Assembly (NCBI GenBank): GCA_963779415.1
Contig: CAVZYA010000001.1
Coordinates: 1,664,001-1,728,000, forward strand
From: an uncultured Acidobacteriota bacterium
GTDB taxonomy: Bacteria > Acidobacteriota > Thermoanaerobaculia > UBA5066
Direction of reading: 5' to 3'
DNA: 64,000 nt
Part shown: piece by piece, positions 20,719 to 29,744 of the stretch
Numbering within the stretch: the stretch's first letter is position 1
Layout: every line of letters starts with the position of its first letter
Notes under the pieces: generated by a model
Databases searched by the model: none
Seen by the model: the letters and a program-made list of their open reading frames with translations, nothing else
What the model was told of the DNA's origin: nothing
Program-made: the position numbers and the translations under genes

Positions 20719-22398
20719 TTACTTCGTTGTGGGGCGGACCGCCTTGAGTGCCTGCGTGCCGGCATCGAAGGAGATCGGCGGGTTGCAGTTGAAGTCGCCG
20801 TTGAGGTCCGTGCCCGAGAGGCCGACGCTCAGGAGCGAGCCCGGTCCGGAGTGCTGGACGCCGACCCAGGCCTGGTTGTAGTTGCTGCTGTAGCCGCTGC
20901 CGGCTCCGCCGTTGCGGAAGTAGAAGTCCATCCAGCCCGAGTACCAGCTGTTCGGGGAGAGCGAGCTGTTGCCCCATCCCGGGATGATCTCGAGGTTCCC
21001 GGTGCCGGTCGCAGCGATCCAGAGGGCGATGCGCTGCGTCTCGAGGAAGACGTAGTTGTAGTAGTTCGGCGGCTGATAGCCGGACGGTCCGCCGGACTGC
21101 GGCGAGCTGTAAGAGTCCTCGTCCTCGTCCCACGACGTCCAGTTGAGCTGGTGGTTCGCATCGTAGAAGCCGTCGCCCGCGGCGCCCGCTTCCGTCTTCA
21201 GCCAGTAGCAGAGGTCGACGCCGGAGTTCGCATAGACGTCGCCACGCCAGACCATGATCCAGGAGCGGGTCTGGTCCGTCGGGCTGGCCAGGAAGCGCCA
21301 GCCCCAGTGGTCGCCGAGAGGCTCGCGGCCGTCGCCGCCGAAGACGAAGTCAACCGGGACAGCCGGGTTGCCGGCCGAGACGCCGCCCGTCCGCTCGGCG
21401 GGAGCGCCGGTGCCACCGGAGATCGCGGCCACGAAGCGCCCGAAGAAGGTCCCCGGAGCGCCGGTGTAGCCGTCAAACAGCGGGTCGGTCCAGTTGAGAC
21501 GCGTGTCGAACTCGAGGGCAACGGCCGGATCGCCGCTGATGTTGCCCGCGCTTCCGGCGGTGTTGTCGACGTAGAAGACGTCGCCCATCAGGACGTTCGG
21601 CGTGTAGCCATAGCTGGACCAGCCCGACGTCGCGATCGCGTCGTACTGGTAGAACTCCTGCTGATAGGGGAACCAGTTGGTGCAGTAGTTGACGACGTCG
21701 ATCGTCAGGTAGCCCGAGAACTCGCCCGAGCCGGAATAGGTCTGCCCCGCAGACCCCTTTCCGCAGGCCGGGTTGTCGGAGTCGAGGATGAACGCGCCGC
21801 TGGAGGCCTGGAACTCCGTGATGTCGCCCGACTCGTCAAGGGACTGCATGACGGTCGTGCGGAAGAGCGAGAACGCGTCACCCGAGGAGTACTTGGAGAC
21901 CGCGTACGGCCAGTCATTCTGCGTGCCCGTGTTCGAAAGCGGGTGAGCGAAGCGGATGTAGTCGGTCTGGCCCCAGCCGATCCAGGGCGATGCGTCGTAC
22001 GTCGTCGGCGATCCGAGCTTGACGCCGCAGACGTCCTTGACCGGGAGGACCTGCGTGAACGGGTTCACGTTCAGGTTGCCGTTGAGGACGCCGCTCATGT
22101 TGAACGTCACGACGTCCTTGCCGGTCATCGGGACGTTGAAGTCGAGGACGGCCCGCGAGTACTTGTTCCAGACCGTGACGTGGGCGATGATGCCCGGATA
22201 CGACACGTTCACGAACGCGATCTTGGTGTCGGTACCGACGCTCGTGATGATGCCGGCCGAGTTGACGGTGCCGCCGACCCGGAAGTACGGAACGAGCAGC
22301 GTGGCGCCCGGCACGTTGTCATACGCGCAGGTCACCGCGAAGCCCGTGCCCGCGACCGCCAGAAGGGCGAGCGCAACGAGGACGGAAAGCTTCTTCAT
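20719..22398 (-). CDS. Putative major surface/S-layer protein (559 aa)
   Basis: AGGAG SD; signal MKKLSVLVALALLAVAGTGFA; mature start VTCAYDNVPGATLLVPYF; strongly biased codons (AAC/TAC/TTC/GGC); own promoter and terminator. The S-layer role is inference. Confidence 0.8.
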   Translation of the reverse strand: MKKLSVLVALALLAVAGTGFAVTCAYDNVPGATLLVPYFRVGGTVNSAGIITSVGTDTKIAFVNVSYPGIIAHVTVWNKYSRAVLDFNVPMTGKDVVTFNMSGVLNGNLNVNPFTQVLPVKDVCGVKLGSPTTYDASPWIGWGQTDYIRFAHPLSNTGTQNDWPYAVSKYSSGDAFSLFRTTVMQSLDESGDITEFQASSGAFILDSDNPACGKGSAGQTYSGSGEFSGYLTIDVVNYCTNWFPYQQEFYQYDAIATSGWSSYGYTPNVLMGDVFYVDNTAGSAGNISGDPAVALEFDTRLNWTDPLFDGYTGAPGTFFGRFVAAISGGTGAPAERTGGVSAGNPAVPVDFVFGGDGREPLGDHWGWRFLASPTDQTRSWIMVWRGDVYANSGVDLCYWLKTEAGAAGDGFYDANHQLNWTSWDEDEDSYSSPQSGGPSGYQPPNYYNYVFLETQRIALWIAATGTGNLEIIPGWGNSSLSPNSWYSGWMDFYFRNGGAGSGYSSNYNQAWVGVQHSGPGSLLSVGLSGTDLNGDFNCNPPISFDAGTQALKAVRPTTK

Positions 22399-22571
22399 GT
22401 TTTCTCCTACCAGTTTGTTGATAATTGAAGTGAAGCCCGTTGACAGGTCGTCGTTCGCCCGAACGCGATAGGAAATCACCTCCGGTACTTTATTTAAAAG
22501 CGGACCTGGAGCCGCCTTACTCATCGCAACTATCCTCTTGGAAAGGAAGATTTCCGGCATCACTGGCGGAT

Positions 22572-22600
22572 ACGTTAGGGGCGAAATTCGGGAAAGTCAA
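22572..22600 (-). promoter_or_regulatory. sigma70-type promoter of the S-layer-like gene
   Basis: Minus strand TTGACT-17bp-TAACGT in an AT-richer intergenic region. Confidence 0.65.
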
Positions 22601-22636
22601 GGGGTTCTCCGAAAATTATGCTTTCTGCCCATATGA

Positions 22637-24382
22637 TCACTTGGAGGGCAGATTCCGGAAGAACCGGAACCCCCCTTCCTTCGTCTCGCTGACCGTCATG
22701 TACTGCAGCATCAATACGATATCGGGTCTGCCATCGCCATCCACGTCGGCAATCCGGATGGCCGTGGGGAAGTTCACGAAGGAAGGCTCGAGAGCCGGGT
22801 CCAGCTCTTCGAACTCTCCGGCTGGAGTCTGGAAAAAGACGCGCACCTTGTTCGTCACCCGGTCGGCCACGACGATGTCGTCGAGCCCGTCCCCGTCGAG
22901 ATCCGCCACCGCGATTCCGGGTGAAATGCCCCGATTGCTCCCGAGACGCTTCAGGACGCGGTGGCGCTTCCACTCTTTCCCGTCGCGGTAGTAAATGGAG
23001 AGCCCGTCGCCTGTCGGGTCGGGCAGTCCCCCCGCGGGCCGGTTCTTGAAGTACGAGGTGAAGGCGGCCGGGTGCCCGTGGTACGTCCCTACGGCGGCCC
23101 CCATTCCGACCGAGAAGAGTTCGACGACCCCGCCGCTGACATTCCTGAACGACATCGCGCCGCGGTCGAACTCGTAGAGGAGGTTCACGCCCATCGAGTA
23201 GTTGCAGCTCGTGGCGAAAAAGGGAGCGCCCTTGTCCGCCGGACGGGTTTCGAGGCCGATCGAGTAGCCGTAGCACGGCTTGTCCTCGAGGCCCGCGACC
23301 AGCTCGACGAAGCGGTCGCCCTTGTTGATGTAGGCGCGGACGTCGTATCCCTCGATGTAGCCGCTCGGCCGGGCGCGAGGCTTGTCGACCGCGGCCGCCT
23401 CGGGCATGTCGGAAAGGACGAGGACGTCCGGCTTGCCGTCCCCGTCGAGATCGCCGACGGCGAGCGCGCGGGTAGAGATCTCCCCCGAGAGCCCGTTGCG
23501 GGAGAGCCGGAACTTCATGTCACCGAGATTCCGCCCCGCCCAGACGCCTCCCCCGTGCCCTCCCCAGACGATGTCGGTGCGGCCGTCGCCGTCGAGGTCC
23601 CCGGTCGCGATCGCCCCGTAACCGATATGGAGGGATTCCGGGTTTTCGAGCTGGGGGGTCACCGACCTCCAGCGTTCGCCGTCCCACTTGAAGATCCGGA
23701 GGCCCTCTCCGGAGAGCCGCGGCGGCGGGGAGATGATCTCCGGCCGACCGTCGCCGTCGATGTCTGCGAGAGCGAAGTTCTCGCGCCAGATCCCCCCCTT
23801 GGGGAGGCCCGCGGAATGGCTCTCGAGAAGGATCTTCTTCTTCGAGATCTTCGGCGTGACGATCTCGGCCTCCTCCTTCGGCAGCTCGAGGATCTGCGGA
23901 AGCGCGGCGTCCGCCGCTTCCTTCTCGGCACGCTTCTTCGCGATCTCTTCGGGCGTCGGCGGCGTTGGAGCCGCGACGTAGAAGTTCTCCGCATCCTGCC
24001 GGACGATCGGAACCCCGGTCTGGGTCGGAACGTTGGCGCTGAAGAGGCTCCCGTCCCGCTCCACGAGAGTCGGATCCTTCGGGACCCTCAACAGCCTCTG
24101 CCCCGTGGAGGGGTCCGTGATGGTCTCGATCTTCTTCACCGGCTTTACGCCCTCCTCCTCGTCGTCGTCGGGAGGGGCCGGGGCCTGCGGTTTCTTCGAT
24201 CCGAGAACTGAGTCGGAGAACGCCCGTTGCGCGCTGCCGGCCGGCGCCGGGGCCGGCGTCGGAGTCGGGACGGCCGCCGGGGTGGGCTTCGGCGCGCTCG
24301 CCTGCGGCGGTGGCGCCTGCGAGCAGGAAGCCACGAGAAGGACGCAGAGAGCGACGGAGAGAAGCCGGGGAACGTTGCTCAC
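22637..24382 (-). CDS. FG-GAP/VCBS repeat lipoprotein
   Basis: Lipobox LVAS-C, Pro/Ala linker, five D[IVL]DGDGxxD-like Ca-binding repeats. Confidence 0.88.
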   Translation of the reverse strand: MSNVPRLLSVALCVLLVASCSQAPPPQASAPKPTPAAVPTPTPAPAPAGSAQRAFSDSVLGSKKPQAPAPPDDDEEEGVKPVKKIETITDPSTGQRLLRVPKDPTLVERDGSLFSANVPTQTGVPIVRQDAENFYVAAPTPPTPEEIAKKRAEKEAADAALPQILELPKEEAEIVTPKISKKKILLESHSAGLPKGGIWRENFALADIDGDGRPEIISPPPRLSGEGLRIFKWDGERWRSVTPQLENPESLHIGYGAIATGDLDGDGRTDIVWGGHGGGVWAGRNLGDMKFRLSRNGLSGEISTRALAVGDLDGDGKPDVLVLSDMPEAAAVDKPRARPSGYIEGYDVRAYINKGDRFVELVAGLEDKPCYGYSIGLETRPADKGAPFFATSCNYSMGVNLLYEFDRGAMSFRNVSGGVVELFSVGMGAAVGTYHGHPAAFTSYFKNRPAGGLPDPTGDGLSIYYRDGKEWKRHRVLKRLGSNRGISPGIAVADLDGDGLDDIVVADRVTNKVRVFFQTPAGEFEELDPALEPSFVNFPTAIRIADVDGDGRPDIVLMLQYMTVSETKEGGFRFFRNLPSK

Positions 24383-24449
24383 GAGGACTCCTTGTCGGCG
24401 CATCGATCCCGCGGGCCTTCGGCCGCGCGGGAGAAGAGAACGCCGGATT

Positions 24450-25217
24450 CTAGAGCAGGTCGGAAAAGAGGGGCCGGCTCCGCCGGAAGAGCCGGTGGCA
24501 GGCCGCCGCAAGGAGGAGGAACGCAACGGACCAGCCGAGCAGCCGCCACACCGGCGGGAGCGGTCCGCCGAAGAGGGAGGCCCGGAAGAGGGCGACGAGG
24601 TCCGCGATGGGGTTCAGGGCGAGAACCGGCGCGGCGAAGGAGGGGAGGAGCGAAGCCGGATAGAGGATCGGCGACAGGTAGAGGACGACCGTCAGGATCG
24701 GCGAGATCATCTGAGCCAGGTCGCGGAAGAAGACATCGAGCGTCGCGAGCAGAAGGCAGGGCCCCGCGAGGAGGACGACCTCGAACGCGAGGGCGAGGGC
24801 GAAGACGGCCGGCCGGATCTCGCCATGCCCGAGGACGAGGACGGCCACCCCGAGAATGCCGATCCCGATGAGCTCGAGGACGAGAGCCGCGGCGACGCTC
24901 GACGCCACGAGGAGCTCCACCGGGAACTGGAGCTTCTTGACGAGATGACCCTGCTCCGCGATCGAGGTCGTCGACCGGGAGACCGCTTCCTGGAATCCGA
25001 GCCACGGAAGCAGGCCCGCGAGAAGGAACTCGGCGTACGACCCTCCGAAACCGGACGGCGCATGGGTCTTGAGGACGGCAACGAAGAGGAACGTGTAGAG
25101 GCCGCAGAGGATCAGCGGGTTCAGAAGGGCCCAGAGCGGCCCCCCGAAGCTCCCTGCGTACCGCGTCGAGAGGTCCCGCCGCAGCAGCTCCGAAAAAAGG
25201 AAGAGGACTCGTCTCAC
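24450..25217 (-). CDS. wzm: Polysaccharide ABC exporter permease
   Basis: RDLSTRYAGSFGGPLWALLNPL, LVKKLQFPVE, FFRDL, YLSPILYP, FSDLL. Confidence 0.92.
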   Translation of the reverse strand: MRRVLFLFSELLRRDLSTRYAGSFGGPLWALLNPLILCGLYTFLFVAVLKTHAPSGFGGSYAEFLLAGLLPWLGFQEAVSRSTTSIAEQGHLVKKLQFPVELLVASSVAAALVLELIGIGILGVAVLVLGHGEIRPAVFALALAFEVVLLAGPCLLLATLDVFFRDLAQMISPILTVVLYLSPILYPASLLPSFAAPVLALNPIADLVALFRASLFGGPLPPVWRLLGWSVAFLLLAAACHRLFRRSRPLFSDLL

Positions 25218-25289
25218 GCTCAAGGGGCGTCTCCCCCGGAGAGGCCGCCTCGTGAGAGAATAGCGTGTCCTTCGGGAGGCGAACCGCCC

Positions 25290-25754
25290 GTGCCACCGTC
25301 CAAGAGCAGCCAGATCCGGCTCGTCGGACAGAAGATCCGGCAGATCCGGAAGAGCCGGCACCTGACGCAGTCGGACCTCGCCAAAGAGATCGGCGTGACG
25401 CAGTCCGACCTTTCGAGGATGGAGAACGGCGAGTACAAGGTCGGCCTCGACGCCCTCTTCAAGATCCTTCAGATCTTCGAGCTCTCGATGAGCCAGTTCT
25501 TCGGCGAGCCGGTGCCGGCCGAGGCGTCGCCCGCTCCCGGGGCGTTCCCCGGGGACTCCGATCTCGCGCGCGACTGGGAAGCGCTCTCCGTCGAGGCGCA
25601 GCGGGAGGTCCGCGAGTTCGTCGCCTTCAAGAAGCTCCAGACCGAGTTCCGGCGGCCGGTTTCGCCCCCGGAGATTCCTCGTGCCGTTTCCCCGAAACCG
25701 GAGCCGGAAAATTCCGTTCCGCTCGGGGACGACGAGGAAGAACCCGAAATCTGA
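25290..25754 (+). CDS. XRE-family HTH transcriptional regulator
   Basis: VGQKIRQIRKSRHLTQSDLAKEIGVTQSDLSRMENGE; GGAGG SD; divergent from wzm. Confidence 0.88.
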   Translation: MPPSKSSQIRLVGQKIRQIRKSRHLTQSDLAKEIGVTQSDLSRMENGEYKVGLDALFKILQIFELSMSQFFGEPVPAEASPAPGAFPGDSDLARDWEALSVEAQREVREFVAFKKLQTEFRRPVSPPEIPRAVSPKPEPENSVPLGDDEEEPEI

Positions 25755-25782
25755 CGAGCCGCCCGGGACCTTCCCTTTCTTC

Positions 25783-26783
25783 TCAGATTCCGTCCGGGAG
25801 ACCCGCACGGGGGTCGCCATCGTAGAGATGGGAGAACGTCTCGGCCGCGGCGCGCCCGTCGGCCGTCTGCCGCCTCGGAAGAACGACGTGGACCCGATAG
25901 TAGTGGTCGCCCGGAGCGGACGCTCGCGGATTCGAGATGCCGTACCCCTTGAGTCGAAAACGCTGGCCGCTCGCCGTGCCGGGGGGGATCTTCGCGCGGA
26001 CGGGACCGCGGATCGTCGGGACCTCGATCTCCGCGCCGAGATACGCTTCGGAAACCGTGACCGGGACGTCCGCGTTGATGTCGTCCCCCTCGCGGCCGAA
26101 GTAGGGGTGCGGCTCGACGGTGAGGGAGAGGTAGAGATCGCCCTCCTCCGTCCGCCCCTTGCCCGGGAGACGGATCTTCGAGCCCGTCGCGACGCCCGGC
26201 GGGACCCGCACGGTCACCTTCTCGTTCTCGACGAGGCTGCGCGAGCCTCGGCAGGCGGGGCAGACGCCGCCCCCCGCGCGGCCGGTTCCGTTGCAGCGGC
26301 GGCACCGGCGCGAGAGCCGGGCCCGAGAACGTCACGGTCCCCCCGAGGACCGCGTCGCGAAAAGGGATGGTCAGTTCCGCCGCCGCGTCCTCGTCCTCTT
26401 CCTCGGCTCCGAAGGGGATTCCGCCGAAACCCCGGCCCCTCACCCGAACGGGAAAAGAGCTCCGAAAAGAGGTCGCCGTAGTCCCCCTGCCAGTGGAATG
26501 CCCCTCCGGCCCCCGGGGCGCCGCGGAACGGCCCGCCCGCGCCGGGCGGTGGCCCCGCCGGAGGAACGGTGCCCGTCTCGCCCGTCCGGTCGAAATGCTC
26601 GCGCCGCTTCGGATCCTTGAGAACTTCGTATGCGGCCGCGATCTCCTGGAACTTGCGCTGCGCGGAGGCGTCTCCGGGGTTCACGTCGGGGTGGTGCTTC
26701 CGGGCGAGCCTGCGGTAGGCCTTCTTGATCTCCGCGTCGGTGGCGCGGCGATTCACTCCGAGTACTTCGTACGGGCTTTTCAT
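25783..26783 (-). CDS. dnaJ: DnaJ/CbpA-like co-chaperone (frameshifted)
   Basis: J-domain YEVLGV...HHPDVNPG; CRRCNGTG and CPACRGS; C-terminal VPTIRG...IPPGT. Confidence 0.8.
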
Positions 26784-26891
26784 GAAGAAGATCGCGCCCA
26801 AAGCGCGGCGTCGGACCTAAGATTAGACCGTGGCCGCACGCAGGGCCAGACCGCCTTTCGAAAATCGACCCGGACGGCGGTGGGAGCGTTC

Positions 26892-28189
26892 GTGAGCATC
26901 GCGCATCATCGCGACATCCTTTCGATGGTTCTCGCCGGAGGGATGGGCGAGCGCCTCTTCCCTCTCACGCGCGACCGCGCCAAGCCGGCGGTGCCGTTCG
27001 GGGGCCGCTACCGGATCATCGATTTCGTCCTCAACAACCTCGTCAACTCGGGCCTCAGGAAGATCAAGGTTCTGACGCAGTTCAAGTCGAACTCGCTCAT
27101 CGAGCACATCATCCGGACCTGGCGCCTGACCTTCGACATCGGCGAGTTCGTCGACCCGGTTCCCGCGCAGATGCGGCGCGGACCGCACTGGTTCCGCGGC
27201 ACGGCGGACGCCGTCTACCAGAACCTGAACCTGATCTTCGACGAGGAGCCGCGGCACGTCTGCATCTTCGGCGGCGACCACATCTACACGATGGACGTCA
27301 ACCCGATGCTCCAGTTCCACCAGGAAGGGGGGCACGACCTGACGATCGCCGCCTTGCCGGTGCCGATCGCACGAGGCCTCACGCTTCGGGGTCCTCGAGG
27401 TCGACGCCTCGGGACGCGTCATCGGCTTCGAGGAGAAGCCGAAGGCGCCCCGCTCCCTTCCGTCGGCGCCGGGGCTCGCCCTCGCCTCGATGGGAAACTA
27501 CGTCTTCCGCGCGAATTTCCTGATCGACTCGCTCGAGCACGACGCGCTGCAGGACACCTCGCACGACTTCGGCAAGACGATCATCCCCGGGGCCCTTCGC
27601 GACGGCGCGCGGATCTTCGCCTACGACTATCTCGACGAACCGGGTGCCGGGCGAGGAGGATCTCGCCCCGTACTGGAGGGACGTCGGAACCGTCGACTCC
27701 TACTGGGACGCGTCGATGGACCTGATCTCCGTCACGCCGCCGCTCAGCCTCTACAACCCGAAGTGGCCGATCAAGAGCCATTCGCCCCAGCTCCCGCCCG
27801 CCAAGTTCGTCTTCGCCGACGCGGTCTCCCAGCGCATCGGCCTCGCGACCGACTCCATGGTCGCGTCGGGCTGCATCATCTCGGGCGGGACGATTCACCG
27901 GTCGATCCTCTTCCCCCGCGTCCGCGTGAATTCCTTCTCGCACATCGAGGAATGCGTCCTCATGGACGGCGTCGAGGTGGGGCGCTACGCGCGCCTCCGC
28001 CGGGTCATCGCCGACAAGGGCGTCAAGATCCCGGCCCGGGTCGAGATCGGATTCGACGAAGAGGAGGACCGTCGCCGGTTCCACGTCTCCGACGGGGGCG
28101 TCGTGGTCCTGCCGAAAGGGAGCGAAATCGTCGACTCCGGCGGCCCAGGTCGCGATTTCGGGTTGATTCGCCCCTCCGGCTCCAAATAA
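26892..28189 (+). CDS. glgC: Glucose-1-phosphate adenylyltransferase (frameshifted)
   Basis: [61 protein letters not shown]. Confidence 0.9.
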
Positions 28190-28224
28190 AATTCGGGCGG
28201 CGCCTCAAAAGGCCCGAATTTTTT
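28188..28224 (+). terminator. Inverted repeat / probable terminator between glgC and the Lrp gene
   Basis: AAAATTCGGGC...GCCCGAATTTTTT. Confidence 0.6.
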
Positions 28225-28683
28225 ATGGACGAGATAGATCGTCAGATCCTCGATCTCCTTCAGCGCGACGGGAAGATTTCGCAGGCCCGGATCGCGGAAG
28301 CCGTCGGCCTGACGACGCCGTCCGTCAATGAGCGGATCAAGAAGCTCGAGACCCGAGGCTTCATCCGACGCTTCACGGCCCTGCTCGATCCGCGCCTTCT
28401 CGGAATGCCCCTCGTCGCCTACGTGGACGTGGGTCTCGAGCATCCCCGTTTCGAGCGCCCGTTCCTCGAGGAGATTGAGACGCTTCTCGACGTCCAGGAG
28501 TGCTGTGCGATCTCCGGAGATTTCGGCTACCGGCTCAAGGTACGCGCCCGCGACGTGGACCACCTCGAGCGGATTCTCCGCGAGAGGATCCAGACGCTCC
28601 GGGGCGTCGTCCGGACTCGCGTCGAGCTCTCCCTCTCGGTGAAGAAGGACTCGACGCTCCTTCCGGTCACGGAAGGGGCCTGA
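28225..28683 (+). CDS. Lrp/AsnC family transcriptional regulator
   Basis: MDEIDRQILDLLQRDG...AVGLTTPSVNERIKKLE; RAM domain. Confidence 0.92.
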   Translation: MDEIDRQILDLLQRDGKISQARIAEAVGLTTPSVNERIKKLETRGFIRRFTALLDPRLLGMPLVAYVDVGLEHPRFERPFLEEIETLLDVQECCAISGDFGYRLKVRARDVDHLERILRERIQTLRGVVRTRVELSLSVKKDSTLLPVTEGA

Positions 28684-28831
28684 CGCCCCAAGGTGCTGCC
28701 TCCGGGCGTCATTTCGTCAGCGACCGACCCCCAAATGGGATGAGCGACCGACCGGCTGATCGGTCAATGACATGTCTCAACTCTCTCAAAAAAAAAGGGT
28801 TGAAGACGCCGGGCCCGGTGGACAAAACCGA

Positions 28832-28846
28832 AGGCACCCGGTTTGC
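28832..28846 (+). promoter_or_regulatory. sigma54 (-24/-12) promoter
   Basis: AGGCAC-CCGGT-TTGC versus consensus TGGCAC-N5-TTGC; upstream A-tract (28788-28796) and repeated AGCGACCGACC. Confidence 0.6.
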
Positions 28847-28857
28847 GTAAAAGAGAG

Positions 28858-29090
28858 CAGGAGATCGAAACGACATCAGGGAAACCGAAATGCACGAGAT
28901 CTTCAATTCCCGCCCCAGCACCCGCTGGCTCTTCAGCCTTCGGGCCCACCTCCACCATCCTTCCTGATCCTATTCCGCACATCTGACATCCCGCCGCCGC
29001 AACCCCCGCCCGATCCGAAAGATCGGGTGGGGCCCGCCGCATTCGGAGAGCCGAAGTCCCCCGCACCGCACGCTGAATCGGGACGCCGTC
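28858..29090 (+). ncRNA. Candidate sigma54-dependent sRNA or micropeptide transcript (25-aa sORF 28890-28967)
   Basis: Follows the sigma54 motif; 12-bp hairpin at 29004-29032; no long plus-strand gene before the convergent OMP gene. Confidence 0.35.
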
Positions 29091-29091
29091 T

Positions 29092-29674
29092 CTAGAACCG
29101 GTACCCGAAGCCGCCCGTCAGGAAGAAAAACTTGTGGTCGAGTCTGTGTCTTCGGCACGTCGTACGAAGCCTCGACCCGGAAATCGAAGCGCGGAGTGAT
29201 CCGGAATACCGCCTGAGTCCCGACGCACCACCCGAAGACGGTCTGCGCCGGGTCGGCGGCCACCTGATCGGTTCCGGGCGCCTTGGGGGAGACGTCGAAG
29301 ACGCCGAGCCCGGCGAGGAGCCCCGCTTCCCACCACGGCTCCCGATAGCGGTAGGTGACGATGACGAGGCCGGAGTTCACCTGGATGTCCGGGGCGCCCG
29401 GCGCGCCCCCCGGAAGCGTGACGAACTGCCCTCGCGCCTGCAGGAGGACGTCGTTGCGCGCGCCGTAGGTCTCGAGTGAGGCTTCGAAGAAGACGTAGCC
29501 TCCGAAGTGACTGAAGCTGTTGTCGGTGACGTTCGCTCCCACGTCGGCGATGGCGCCGCCACCTCCGCCCGCCGCAAACGTCTGCGCGGCGGCGGGCGCG
29601 GCCGCGGAGAGGAAAAGCGCGAAGGCGACCACGCAGAGGCGGCGGAGAGCAGCAGAGCGTTTTGGGCGGCTCAT
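29092..29674 (-). CDS. Small outer-membrane beta-barrel protein (C-terminal frameshift)
   Basis: Signal peptide ending PAAA-Q; alternating strands; corrected C-terminus DHKFFFLTGGFGYRF* (beta-signal). Confidence 0.75.
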
Positions 29675-29744
29675 CTTCCGTTCAGCATAGGCGCCGGGAA
29701 TCCGGAGCGTCAATACCGCCACGAACGGGAACGCCTCGACTAGA

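Noticed and set aside
20707-22428. 573-aa antisense ORF over the S-layer-like gene
   Set aside because: Shadow frame produced by extreme codon bias of the sense gene; no motifs
28890-29035. His-leader attenuator
   Set aside because: His codons are not a long run, the hairpin lacks a U-tract, and no biosynthetic gene follows on that strand; kept only as an sRNA/sORF candidate
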